Below, piece by piece: positions 11,062 through 22,411 of a stretch of DNA of 36,517 bases (its first letter is position 1; each line of letters starts with the position of its first letter). The position numbers were made by a program, and so were the translations under genes. The notes below the pieces were generated by a model that saw only the letters and a program-made list of their open reading frames with translations, was not told the origin of the DNA and did no database searches. This DNA is from Octopus sinensis (Eukaryota): the NCBI RefSeq assembly GCF_006345805.1, contig NW_021828066.1:1-36517 (forward strand). Reading direction: 5' to 3'.

Positions 11062-11080
11062 ACTTTTGATTTTAAAATTC

Positions 11081-11486
11081 GACCTTTTCGGTTTGAACGG
11101 CAGTTTTTAACATAATTTCTAGGTAACTACAAAATTTTAAACTTCGTATACTGGTAGAATATGTTTATAAAACATCTTTTTCTCTTGGCTTTATTGAGAA
11201 AATTCTATAGTTTGTAAGATATTTGTTGTTTTTTTTCTTCTTCAATTTCTGCAATTTCAACCAATCAGTGACGTCTATTGAGTTACTGTGCCGTATGAAT
11301 ATGTCCCTCGTTTAGGAAACAGATTGGGTTTATTTACATTTGTGAAGAAAAAATATACCCTCCCCCATCCCTAACCCTAGCCATAACCCTAAATGAGATT
11401 GAAATGCAATAGATCGATTCTAATTATGGGTGACAATTTCATATGACAACGCTAGAAAAAAACTGCCGTTCAAACCGAAAAGATCC
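11081..11486 (+). mobile_element. GGATC-ended MITE, copy 3
   Basis: TIRs; perfect TSD TAAAATTC (11073-11080, 11487-11494). Confidence 0.9.
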
Positions 11487-11716
11487 TAAAATTCATATCA
11501 TACTAAGTTATATCATGTAGTGAGATAAAATAAAAGACCGAATAAAACAGAAGACACAAAACGACCATCACTATCCATGTGATCCCTGTCTCACATGATA
11601 TAATGAAAAAAAAATATGGCGCCCATATCAAAATTATTGGGAGTCTGTGTGTGGTGCTGAAGTCTGTTGGGAGTCTGTGTGTGGTCCCTGAATCTGCATG
11701 AATTCATTTACAAATA

Positions 11717-13145
11717 CATATGTATACGTATACATACGTACGTACATACACACATGCATACATACATAGAAAGATAGATACATACATACATGCATACATA
11801 CATACATACACACACTTACATACATACATACATACATACACACATACCTACACACACATACATACATACATACACACATACATACATACATACATATCAT
11901 ACATACATACATACATACATACATACATACATACATACATACATACATACACACATACACACATACATACACACATACATACATACATCATACACACATA
12001 CCTACACACACATACATACATACACACATACCTACACACACATACATACATAACACACATACATACATACACACATACATACATACATACATACATACAT
12101 ACATACATACACACATACATACATACATACATACACACATACCTACACACACATACATACATACACACATACCTACACACACATACATACATACATACAT
12201 ACATACATACATACATACACACATACATACATACACACATACACACATACATACATACGTAAGTAAGTACATACGTACGTACATACATACATACACACAC
12301 ACATACCTACACACACATACATACATACATACATACATACATACATACATACATACATACATACGTACGTACATACGTACATACATACATACAAAGATAC
12401 ACACACGTACATATACACATACATACATACACACACATACGTACATACATACATACATACGTACGTACATACATACACACATACACACATACATACATAC
12501 ATACACACATACATACATACATACATACATACATACATACATACACACATACATACATACATACATACACACATACCTACACACCATACATACATACACA
12601 CATACTACACAACACATACATACATACATACATACATACATACATACATACACACCATACATACATACACACATACAACATACATACATACGTAAGTAAG
12701 TACATACGTACGTACATACATACATACACACACACATACCTACACACACATACATACATAACATACATACATACATACATACATACATACATACATACGT
12801 ACGTACATACGTACATACATACATACAAAGATACACACACGTACATATACACATACATACATACACACACATACGTACATACATACATACATACGTACGT
12901 ACATACATACACACATACACACATACATACACACATACATACATGCATACATACATACAAACATACATACATACACACATACACACATACATACATACGT
13001 AAGTACGTACATACGTACGTACATACATACATACACACACATACGTACATACATACATACATACATACATACATACATACATACATACATACATACATAC
13101 ATACACACATACATACATGCTTGCAGACATGCATACATACACATA
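11717..13145. repeat. ~1.4-kb compound (TACA)n microsatellite with ~433-bp internal duplication
   Basis: Directly visible; marker words CGTAAGTAAG at 12258 and 12691, CAAAGATA at 12392 and 12826. Confidence 0.95.
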
Positions 13146-13354
13146 CCTAAAGGTAGCAACTACAGCTGTTATTTATAATCGAGTATGGGGTTTATGGCAC
13201 GTACCACGCTTCAACTAATAAATTAAGGTGCGCATAACATCTCGCGGAGATAGACATTCTTGCCACAGTAGAACAGCCACGGGGAGAGAAAGAGGAGGAG
13301 AGCGAGGGGGAAAGAGAGATGGGGAGAGGCTGCATCCACACTAAGCCACTAAGA

Positions 13355-13448
13355 TGGTACTCATTCTTCACCTGAGTAGACCAGCGCAACGTGAAATGAA
13401 GCGCCTTGATGACGGACACAACTCACCACCTACTCCAGGGATCGAACC
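13355..13448 (-). mobile_element. Old tRNA-derived SINE fragment
   Basis: Minus strand reads GGTTCGATCCCTGG (B-box) followed by a TGTGTCCGTCATCAAGGCGCTTCA..CTACTCAGGTGAAGAATGAGTACC body. Confidence 0.5.
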
Positions 13449-13451
13449 TAT

Positions 13452-13454
13452 ATG

Positions 13455-13486
<32 letters not shown>

Positions 13487-13980
13487 CTTACATACATATA
13501 CATACATACATGCATGCATACACACACATACATACACATAAGCATGCATACATACATACATACATGCATACATGCATACATACATACAAAAATACATAAA
13601 TACATATATACATACATACATGCATACATACATACATACATGCATACATACATACATACATACATACATACATACACACATACATACATACAAAAATACA
13701 TACATATACACATACATACATACATACATACATACATACATGCATACATACATACATACATGCATACATACATACATGCATACATACATACAGACATACA
13801 TACATGCATGCATACATACATACATACATACATGCATACATACATACATACATACATACATACATACATACATACATACATACATACATACATAAATACA
13901 TACATACATACATACATACATACATACATACATACATACGTACATACATACATACATACATACATACTTACATACATACA
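13452..13980. repeat. (TACA)n microsatellite
   Basis: Directly visible. Confidence 0.95.
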
Positions 13981-14592
13981 TGGTGGTGCCCCAGCATGGC
14001 CGCAGTTCGTGAGCTGAAACTAGATAAAATGAAAAATAATAAAATAAAATAAAATATACATACGCACACATCCATACATTCATACACACACATGCATACA
14101 TACATGAATGCATACATGCGTATATACATATACACACATATGTGCGTATGTGTGTGATGTGTGTGTGTGTGTGTGTGACCAATGTATGCACCGAGAAAAA
14201 CAAACAAACAAACAAACACACACACACACACACGTACGCACACACCACATGCAAGCAGACCTCTGTCCAAAAGATTAGCAGTTTGCCTCCAATAAGGTCA
14301 AAATGAACGCCCTTAAATTCGTTCAAAATTCCTCGGGTGGGTGCGAATATAGCACTGTTGTTTGAACTTCGCTGTTGTACTCTAAGTTACAGAACTTAAG
14401 TGTTCCCGTGCTGATTCAACATCACTTGCGTTATGGCGGCTCACAGAGAAAAAGAAAAATATTTAGTAAGCCTATTAAATATTAGCACCAATAATGCTTT
14501 CAAATTTCTGGTACAAGGTCAGTAATTCTAGGGGTAAGAGGTGAGTCAATTACGTCAGTCCCCAGGGGTGAGCGGTGCATTATTTTATCGAC

Positions 14593-15178
14593 GTGTAAGG
14601 CGACGAGCTGGCAAAAACGTTAGCACGCCGGGCGAAATGCTTTGCCGTATTTCGTCTGCCGCTACGTTCTGAGTTGAAATTCGCCGAGGTCGACTTTGCC
14701 TTTCATCCTTTCGGCGTCGATTAAGTAAGTGCCAGTTACGCACTGGGGTCGATATAATCGACTTAATCCGTTTGTCTGTCCTTGTTTGTCCCCACTGTGT
14801 TTAGCCCCTTGTGGGCAATAAAGAAATAGGTATTTCGTCTGCCGTTACGTTCTGAGTTCAAATTCCGCCGAGGTCGACTTTGCCTTTCATCCTTTCGGGG
14901 TCGATTAAATAAGTACCAGTTACGCACTTGGGTCGATATAATCGACTTAATCCGTTTGTCTGTCCTTGTTTGTCTTCTCTGTGTTTAGCCCCTTGTGGGT
15001 AGTAAAGAAATAGGTATTTCGTCTGTCTTTATATTCTGATTTCAAATTCCGTCGAGGTCGACTTTACCTTTCATCTTTTCGAGGTCGATAAATTAAGTAC
15101 CAGTTGCGTACTGGGGTCAATCTAATCGACTGGCGCCCTCCCAACAATATTTCAGGCCTTGTGCCTAGATTAGAAAAG
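14593..15178 (+). mobile_element. SINE-A head-to-tail trimer, 184-bp period, inserted into an older antisense SINE-A
   Basis: TTTCATC anchors at 14701, 14885, 15069; 14-bp TSD ATTATTTTATCGAC (14579-14592, 15179-15192); the two halves of the host SINE-A lie at ~14495-14592 and ~15179-15315. Confidence 0.9.
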
Positions 15179-15330
15179 ATTATTTTATCGACCACGAGAG
15201 GATCAAAGGCAATTTTGACCTCGGCGGCTGAATTTTAATTCAGATCGCAAAGATAACCGATTAAATACCGCTAAGCATTTTCTCCCATGCACTAATGATT
15301 TTGACAGCTCGCCTAATAGCAATAATTATA

Positions 15331-15897
15331 TTGGGTTGTCCGGAAAGTTCGTGCCGATTTATAGTAGCTTACCTTTCGACTTATTTTAGAACATGGTTGA
15401 GTCCATAAAATAGGATTTGACTACACCTCCATTTAGAGCACAGTTTAAGCTATCTTTTCATGGAAGAAGATTTATGTTCCTATAACCTGAGTTAATTCTG
15501 TAACCCTTTAAAATGGAAAATAAGAAAGTTCATTTTCGGCATTTGATGCTTTGGGAACCAGGCAAAAATTGCTGCAGCTCGGCTGGGATGTGTTACCCCA
15601 CCCTCCATATTCACCAGATATTGCTCCTTCGGATTTCCACTTATTCAGGTCTCTGCAGAATAGTCTTAATGGTAAAAATTTCAATTCCTTGGATGACGTA
15701 AAAAGATACCTTGATAAATTTTTTGCCATGAAACCACCTCAATTCTGGGAAGAGGGTATTTTCAAGTTAACGGAAAGATGGAGATGCATTGTACAACAAA
15801 ATGGTTCATATTTGGTTGATTAAAGATGTAATGGCTAAGTATCTATTGACCTTTTTCTTTCCTTTAAAAATCAGCACGAACTTTCCGGACAACCCAA
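15331..15897 (+). mobile_element. Internally deleted mariner transposon (mellifera-subfamily-like)
   Basis: 30-bp TIRs (29/30 match), TA on both sides; MENKKVHFRHLMLWE (from 15513) fused out of frame to TRQKLLQLGWDVLPHPPYSPDIAPSDFHLFRSLQNSLNGKNFN...NGSYLVD* (to 15823), containing the mariner YSPDLAP(S)D motif. Confidence 0.95.
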
Positions 15898-15921
15898 TAC
15901 TATAAGCATAAGACCTGAAAT

Positions 15922-16206
15922 TGGCTTAGTGGTTAGGGCTTTGCTCTAGCGATTGTGGTTTCAATCCCCAGACTGGGCAGTGCATTGTGTTCTTGAGTAA
16001 AACACTTTTTCTCACGTTGCTCTGTGATCACTTTGACGCCTGACAGGTGGTCCACTGCGCACCTGTTCAGACAACTTCGATTTGATGGAGGGAGGTGGTG
16101 AGCTAATGAGCGGCACGAACATTTGATCACTATAACCAAATTATTTGTGCAGGTCGTTCGGCAAAACGCTGAACACTCATATGTCGTCTTCGACGGGAGA
16201 CTCTGT
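15922..16206 (+). mobile_element. tRNA-headed SINE (SINE-D-related head) with (CAT)n tail
   Basis: A-box TGGCTTAGTGG, B-box-like GTTTCAATCCC, CORE-like TTCTTGAGTAAAACACTT, then (CAT)n at 16207-16331. Confidence 0.7.
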
Positions 16207-16218
16207 CATCATCATCAT

Positions 16219-16331
<113 letters not shown>

Positions 16332-16347
16332 CTACTACTATTATTAA

Positions 16348-16572
16348 TATGGCGGAGAGCTAGCAGAATCTTTAGCACGCCTGGGGAAAATGCTCAGCGG
16401 CATTTCGTCCGTCTTTGCGTTTTGAGTTCAAATTCCGCCGGTGCCGAATCTGTTCCTCATCCTTTCGAGGGTCGATGAAATAAGTACCAGTTGTGTATTG
16501 GGCTCGATGTAATCGACTAGCCGCCCCACTCTCGCAAAATTTCAGATCTGGTACCTATGGTAGAACGGATTA
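16348..16572 (+). mobile_element. SINE-A monomer
   Basis: Full head GGCGGAGAGCTAGCAGAA, B-box GAGTTCAAATTCC, core and tail. Confidence 0.8.
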
Positions 16573-17374
16573 TCCCTGGAGGTGGTGATGGTGGTGGTGG
16601 TGGTGGTGGGTTGTGATAGTAGTAGCTGTAGTATCAGCAGCAGCCGAAGTAGTAGCAGCCGAAGCAGCAGCAGGTGTGCATCGCCTCGTTGCCATTTCAT
16701 TACTGCTAATCGGCCTCTATTAGATCTTCCACTGAATTCGTTGAATTTTTTTTTTTTTGTAAGATTCCTTTGTAATTTTTTATTTTAATTTTTAAAAGTC
16801 GAAATATGAAAACACCATGTATGAATGTTGTCAAATTTGTTAAATGATCATGTCCTGAAACCATTTCCTACTTTGGAAGCTTTGGTATTCCGTCAGCCCA
16901 ACAGACATCACAGATTATAATACACCAGTAATTATTTTCCAAGACACAATAGTGAGTTAATAATTATCATCTTAGCAAAACTATTATGCTGTATAGAATG
17001 AATTTACGCTGATTTAATTGTTGAATATTATATCTATTATTGTAGTTAATGAATGTATTCATTATAGCATATGTAATTAAGATAATTTGAATGTTTCAGA
17101 CAACTACTTATAACAAGGTATTGACATGCTAACAATGTAGAGAGACTTACACACGTTTCAAAAAAATAGCAATTGCAGACTCTGTAGAAACTTTTAGAGT
17201 TTTCAGCATTAACATCAATTGTAAATTCTGAATAATTTGTATGTATATTTTCCAAGATGAACAAAATTTTTATTCGTGTAACGGAGGAAGTAGCTTAATA
17301 TAACTTATCAAACAACGCATTTTAAACAAAAACAACTAGCCTTTTAGTAACCGAAACAGAAAACATCCAATCCT

Positions 17375-17414
<40 letters not shown>

Positions 17415-17444
17415 AATAATAATAATAATAATAATATAATAATA

Positions 17445-17510
<66 letters not shown>

Positions 17511-17512
<2 letters not shown>

Positions 17513-17723
17513 TATTCAGACAAATACATAACAAAAACACCAGGACTTACAAACACATATAACATACAGAAAATTGCACTACTAGGCACTGCACACATCC
17601 TACGCAGAACACTTTCCATACAATAACCATCAAAGCATCACAACAAATCACAGCACATACCCAAGGCACACAGAGCTGCGTTCGGTAGTGAAGTGAAAGC
17701 ACGATATAAAAATAAAACTACTG
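17511..17723 (+). mobile_element. R4/Dong non-LTR retrotransposon 3' end, 5'-truncated
   Basis: Encodes SDKYITKTPGLTNTYNIQKIALLGTAHILRRTLSIQ*; matches the 3' part of 34993-35517; (AAT)n on both sides. Confidence 0.85.
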
Positions 17724-17767
17724 AATAATAATAATAATAATGATAATAATGTTAGTAATAATAGTAA

Positions 17768-18545
17768 TTCTTTCTATTATAGGCATAAGGCCTGAAATTT
17801 CGGGCTGGCAGAATTGTTAGCACGCCGGGCAAAACGTTTAACGGTATTTCAAGCATCTCTGTGTTCTGAGTTCAAATTCTGCCGAGGTCTTACCTTGCAT
17901 CCTTTCGGGATCGATCAATTAAGTACCACTCATGTACTGGGGTCGATGTGATCGTTTGTCCCTTTACCCATAAAAATCATACATACATACATATATATAT
18001 ATATGTATGTATGTATGTGTATATATATATACACATACTTGTGAGCGCATGTACTTCATTTGTTTCACTGGTACTTTATTTTATCTGGCCCGAATGGATG
18101 GAAGTCAAAGTCGATCTTGGCAGAATTTGAACCCAGAAGTTAAACTGCCAAAAGAAATACCGCAAAGAATTTTCCCGACACTTTAATGATTCTGTTTACT
18201 TGCCGTATTTTGTTTCTGATGGCAGCAGCTTTAAGGGGAAGAGTTTAGACGATGTAGTCCTTCCCAATACTTAATTTGTACATTATTTCGTCGATTCTAG
18301 AGGGATAAAAAGTAAATTTGGCGTGGGTGAGATTTGAACTCCGAACGTAAAACCACGAGTTTTCTTCCCACCCGCATGCTCTAACGATTCTACCAATACA
18401 CTACACTAACACAAAATTAAATACTAATGACTTCTAATCCAGATACAATGTTCCGTAGGAAAAGAATATACTTAGCCATGTTCACCGCACTATATGCCTA
18501 GTATTATACTATCCGAGAGAATTAAAGGCACAAAGTCGATCTTTG
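17768..18545. mobile_element. Cluster of degenerate SINE-A copies in both orientations
   Basis: Core motifs on + at ~17806-17975 and on - at ~18065-18200 and ~18225-18395. Confidence 0.65.
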
Positions 18546-18600
18546 ATATGGACTAACAAAAAAAAAAAAAAAGGGTCGAAAGGACATAAGTAGATATTAT

Positions 18601-19032
18601 GGATCTTTTCGGTTTGAACGGCAATTTTTTCTAGCGGTGTCATATGAAATTGTCACCCATAATTATGACCCTAGTATCGATCTATTGCATTTCAATCTAT
18701 TTTAGGGTTAGGGTTAGTTAGGGTTAGGGTTAGGGGTGGGAGGAAGGATATCTTTTTTCTTCACAAATGTAAATAAACCCAATCTGTTTCTTAAACGAGG
18801 GACAAATTCATACGGCATAGAATGTTGTTTACCTCAATGGACGTCAGCGATTGGTTGAAATTGCAGAAATTGAAGGAAAAAACAACAAATATCTTACAAA
18901 TAATAGAATTTTCTCAATAAAGCCAAGAGAAAAAGATGTTTTATAAACACATTCTACCAGTATACGAAGTTTAAAATTTTTTTGATTACCTAGAAATTAT
19001 GTTAAAAACTGCCGTTCAAACCGAAAATATCC
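18601..19032 (-). mobile_element. GGATC-ended MITE, copy 4
   Basis: TIRs; perfect TSD GATATTAT (18593-18600, 19033-19040); (TTAGGG)n at ~18702-18735. Confidence 0.92.
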
Positions 19033-19409
19033 GATATTATTATCGTAAGATACTCTATTGTCCTTAACCTTAAAAATTAATGTCGAAGCAACTACCCGTC
19101 CTTCTATCACCTAAACGAAATAAACCATTAAAAATGCTTTACTGAGACTGAAAGGGAAAAGTGAAATGAGACGAAATTGAAAAGAACAAGAAACATTGAC
19201 AACTATTTGCATGAGTCTCTTGATGACGTAACAAAGAAAAACAAAGGTAAAAATACAATAAAAAGTATAAACAAAGAGTTTTAATCGATTTCTCTGCTAA
19301 AATATGTGAAGCAGCTGAAAGCAAACCGGAAGAGAGAGGTAAAGGTTTACTAAAATCGACATTTCAAAAGTGGAGGAAGAATATTAACAGATTCAGTAGC
19401 AACCTTAAG

Positions 19410-19640
19410 GCTATTGTTGGGAATGAATTGGTAGAATCATTTGAGCATCGGAAAAATTTCCGGGTGATATTTAGTTACTGATTTTAAAGTTCTGAGTTCA
19501 AATCACGTCGAGGCTGACCCTACCTTTTTTTTTATTTTATACCTCCCGTGTAAATAAACCAAAGTAGCTGCAAAGTACTGGTTCGATTTTATCGATTAAT
19601 CTCCTTCCATCAAATTTCAACTCTGTGTCTGTGTTAGAAA
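19410..19640 (+). mobile_element. Degenerate SINE-A
   Basis: GTTCTGAGTTCAAATCACGTCGAGG core; boundaries approximate. Confidence 0.6.
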
Positions 19641-19886
19641 CAATGGGATACCAGAAATCTTAGAGTATCGGACACAATACTTTGCAGTATATGTGGGTTC
19701 CAGGCCCATGGCTGGTTGCTGACAAATTTTTCCGCCTTGTGAGGGTAATTTACCCAATGTTTCTGCTGTTCTAACGGCGTTTCTGCGTTCGAAAAAAAAA
19801 AAAGAGATAATCGTAATACACATTTTTGACAATTATAAAAAAAAACAAATATTAGTTTGTTTATATTAATATATGCACGCATCTTT

Positions 19887-20313
19887 TGATCTTTTCGGTT
19901 TGAACGGCAGTTTTTAACATAATTTCTAGGTAACTAAAAATTTTAAACTTCGTATACTGGTAGAATGTGTTTATAAAACATCTTTTTCTCTTGGCTTTAT
20001 TGAGAAAATTCTATAGTTTGTAAGATATTTGTTGTTTTTTTCTTCAATTTCTGCAATTTCAACCAATCAATGACGTCTGTTGAGTTAAAAAGCATTCTGT
20101 GCCGTATAAATATGTCCCTCGTTTAAGAAACAGATTGAGTTTATTTACATTTCTGAAGAAAAAAGATACCCTCCCCTACCCCTACCCCTAACCTTAACTA
20201 AACCTAACCCTAAAAGAGATTGAAATGCATAGATCGATTCTAGGGTCATAATTATGGGTGACAATTTCATATGACACCGCTAGAAAAAACTGCCGTTCAA
20301 ACCGAAAAAATGT
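19887..20313 (+). mobile_element. GGATC-ended MITE, copy 5
   Basis: TIRs with decayed terminal bases; TSD GCATCTTT/GCGTCTTT (7/8). Confidence 0.88.
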
Positions 20314-20319
20314 GCGTCT

Positions 20320-20670
20320 TTTTTTTGTTTCAGTCGTTTGACTGCGACCATGCTTGGGCACGACCTTGAAGGGTTTTAGTCGAATAAATCGACTCCATTA
20401 CTTTTTAAATGCAAATATTTAATCTATTGGTCACTTTTGAGAAAATTCTATTATTTGTAAGATATTTGTTGTTTTTTCCTTCAATTTCTGCAATTTCAAC
20501 CAATCGCTGACGTCCATTGAGGTAAACAACATTCTATGCCGTATGAATTTGTCCCTCGTTTAAGAAACAGATTGGGTTTATTTACATGTTACAGGGAAGG
20601 AAAAACACCAACGCCGGTTTAGAGCAGTGGTAGAAGACAAGCACTCACACAAAGACACACACACATAGAT
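20320..20670 (-). mobile_element. SINE-B remnant interrupted by a 151-bp MITE fragment (20437-20587)
   Basis: TGTTTCAGTCGTTTGACTGCGACCATGC tail motif; the inserted fragment has no TIR and no TSD. Confidence 0.75.
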
Positions 20671-20697
20671 ATATACATGCATATATAGATATATTTT

Positions 20698-21330
20698 ATC
20701 ATATCAAAGGGAAATGGAAATTAATTAAAATTTTCATTTCCAGTGGTCTAACGTGTAAAAATTTAGTCCAAAGACTATGTATTAGTCATAAAATACAGTG
20801 TACATTTAAACACTCGTGGGATTCAACACGTTAGAAAGAACAGCTAGATTCTATAACCACAAAATTAGGAATAAAATTCGACAGGAACGAAATGAAAAAA
20901 TAAAAAACATTTTACCATCTAGTTTCCTGGACCAATTAGTTTCTGATTTTAGTTTAGCAAAGTAAATGAATAACATATACTCGCTAGGTGAAATCGTCTT
21001 CAGCAGGAACACATAGGGTTAAACGTATAAACACGAGGCGATCAAATTATGTGTCTCTTGTTTATACATCCTAATTTTTTCAAAATCTACTGCGCAGCCG
21101 CAGCCTTTCGCTAGCAATAAAAAAATGCCAACTTTTAAAAAACCGAAAATTATCCAAAAACTTACAATACTTAATCATATCAAAGAGAAATGGAAATTAA
21201 TTAAAATTTACATTTCCAGTGGTCTAACGTGTAAAAATTTAGTCCAAGGACTATGTATTAGTCATAAAATACAATGTAGATTTAAACACATGAGGAATCC
21301 ACTCGTGGGATTCAACATGTTAGAAAGAAC

Positions 21331-21332
<2 letters not shown>
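20698..21332. repeat. Direct repeat of ~146-159 bp spaced 476 bp apart (20698-20843, 21174-21332)
   Basis: ATCATATCAAAG...GTTAGAAAGAACAG present twice with a few substitutions and one 13-bp indel. Confidence 0.9.
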
Positions 21333-21381
<49 letters not shown>

Positions 21382-21423
21382 GAGATACCCGGCGTTGCTC
21401 GGGATTAAAATGTATTAGTTTGC

Positions 21424-21803
21424 TCTTTTATTGTTTTACTTGTTTCAGTCAATTGACTGCGGCCATGCTGGAGCTCCGCCGTTAGTCGAGGTATCCACCC
21501 CAGGACCTATTCTTTGTAATCCTAGTACTTATCGGTCCCTTTTACAGAACCGCTAAGTTACGGGGACGTAAACACACCAGCATCGGTTGTCAAGTGATGT
21601 TGGGGGACAAACACAGACATACAAACACACACACACATATGTATATACGACAGGTTTCTTTCAGTTTCCGTCTACCAGATTCACTCACAAGGCTTTGGTC
21701 GGCTTGAGGCTATAGCAGAAGGCACTTGCTATAGCTGAAGGCACTTGCCCAAGTTATCACATAGTGGTACTGAACCCGGAACCATGTAGTTGGTAAGCAA
21801 GCT
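21424..21803 (-). mobile_element. SINE-B (tRNA head, CORE-like segment, internal microsatellite)
   Basis: Matches 25342-25774; small internal tandem duplication around 21717-21750. Confidence 0.85.
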
Positions 21804-21879
21804 AATTACAGTTAATCTGAAACAGGTGATACGGGAAAGTACAGCATTGACGACAAAACATTTGTGGAGTAAATGATGG

Positions 21880-22320
21880 CCTAATTCGACTAAGAGACAT
21901 GTACTACGTCCATTAGGAGGATTCCAGGCCCTAACCTGTCATGGAAAATTGGGAGGGGGCGGTATGCAAATTTTGAACCCACCGAAAGGCTGTTAGTTGA
22001 TATACTCGGTTTTGAGGCAGTCACCGCTGCGTCTAACACAACCCATCGAATGGTTGACAGGCAAATGAATGGAAGTGTAATGGAGATATTGTACGTAGAT
22101 GTGTACATTCCGGAGATGGGCTGCAATGAGAGGCGGCAACGGGGAAGTGAATTGCTGACATATTGCAGACGGCGAAGGGTTGACATAATATTGCTGGTGT
22201 GGCTGTAGAATAAGAAACATAAAGCGAACCAATGCAGTCACGTGAGAATGAATTACTTGAAAAAAATAAGGCATAATGGCTTGCAGCGTGGTCGGTGAGA
22301 GTAATTGAAGAATATGCTTT
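21880..22320 (+). mobile_element. Possible highly degraded RTE 5' region (start of AP endonuclease)
   Basis: Across frameshifts reads MRG..E.IADIL.RRRVDI, resembling the RTE APE N-terminus; many stops. Weak. Confidence 0.3.
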
Positions 22321-22376
22321 GATACTGAAATCCATGAAGGAAACTGCTTTGTTGGCGCAGTCTTCGAGGTTATTGG

Positions 22377-22408
<32 letters not shown>

Positions 22409-22411
<3 letters not shown>

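Noticed and set aside
10698-11063. 121-aa ORF as the transposase of the 1,032-bp element
   Set aside because: Lies almost wholly in the TIR arm; no DDE motif; the spacer has no long ORF.
11637-11696. 30-bp direct repeat (two units); also the 12-bp x3 repeat at 24467-24502
   Set aside because: Ordinary local slippage duplications with no further structure.
11634-14326. YVCM/HTYI-repeat ORFs (up to 384 aa)
   Set aside because: Translations of (TACA)n; no unique coding sequence or splice context.
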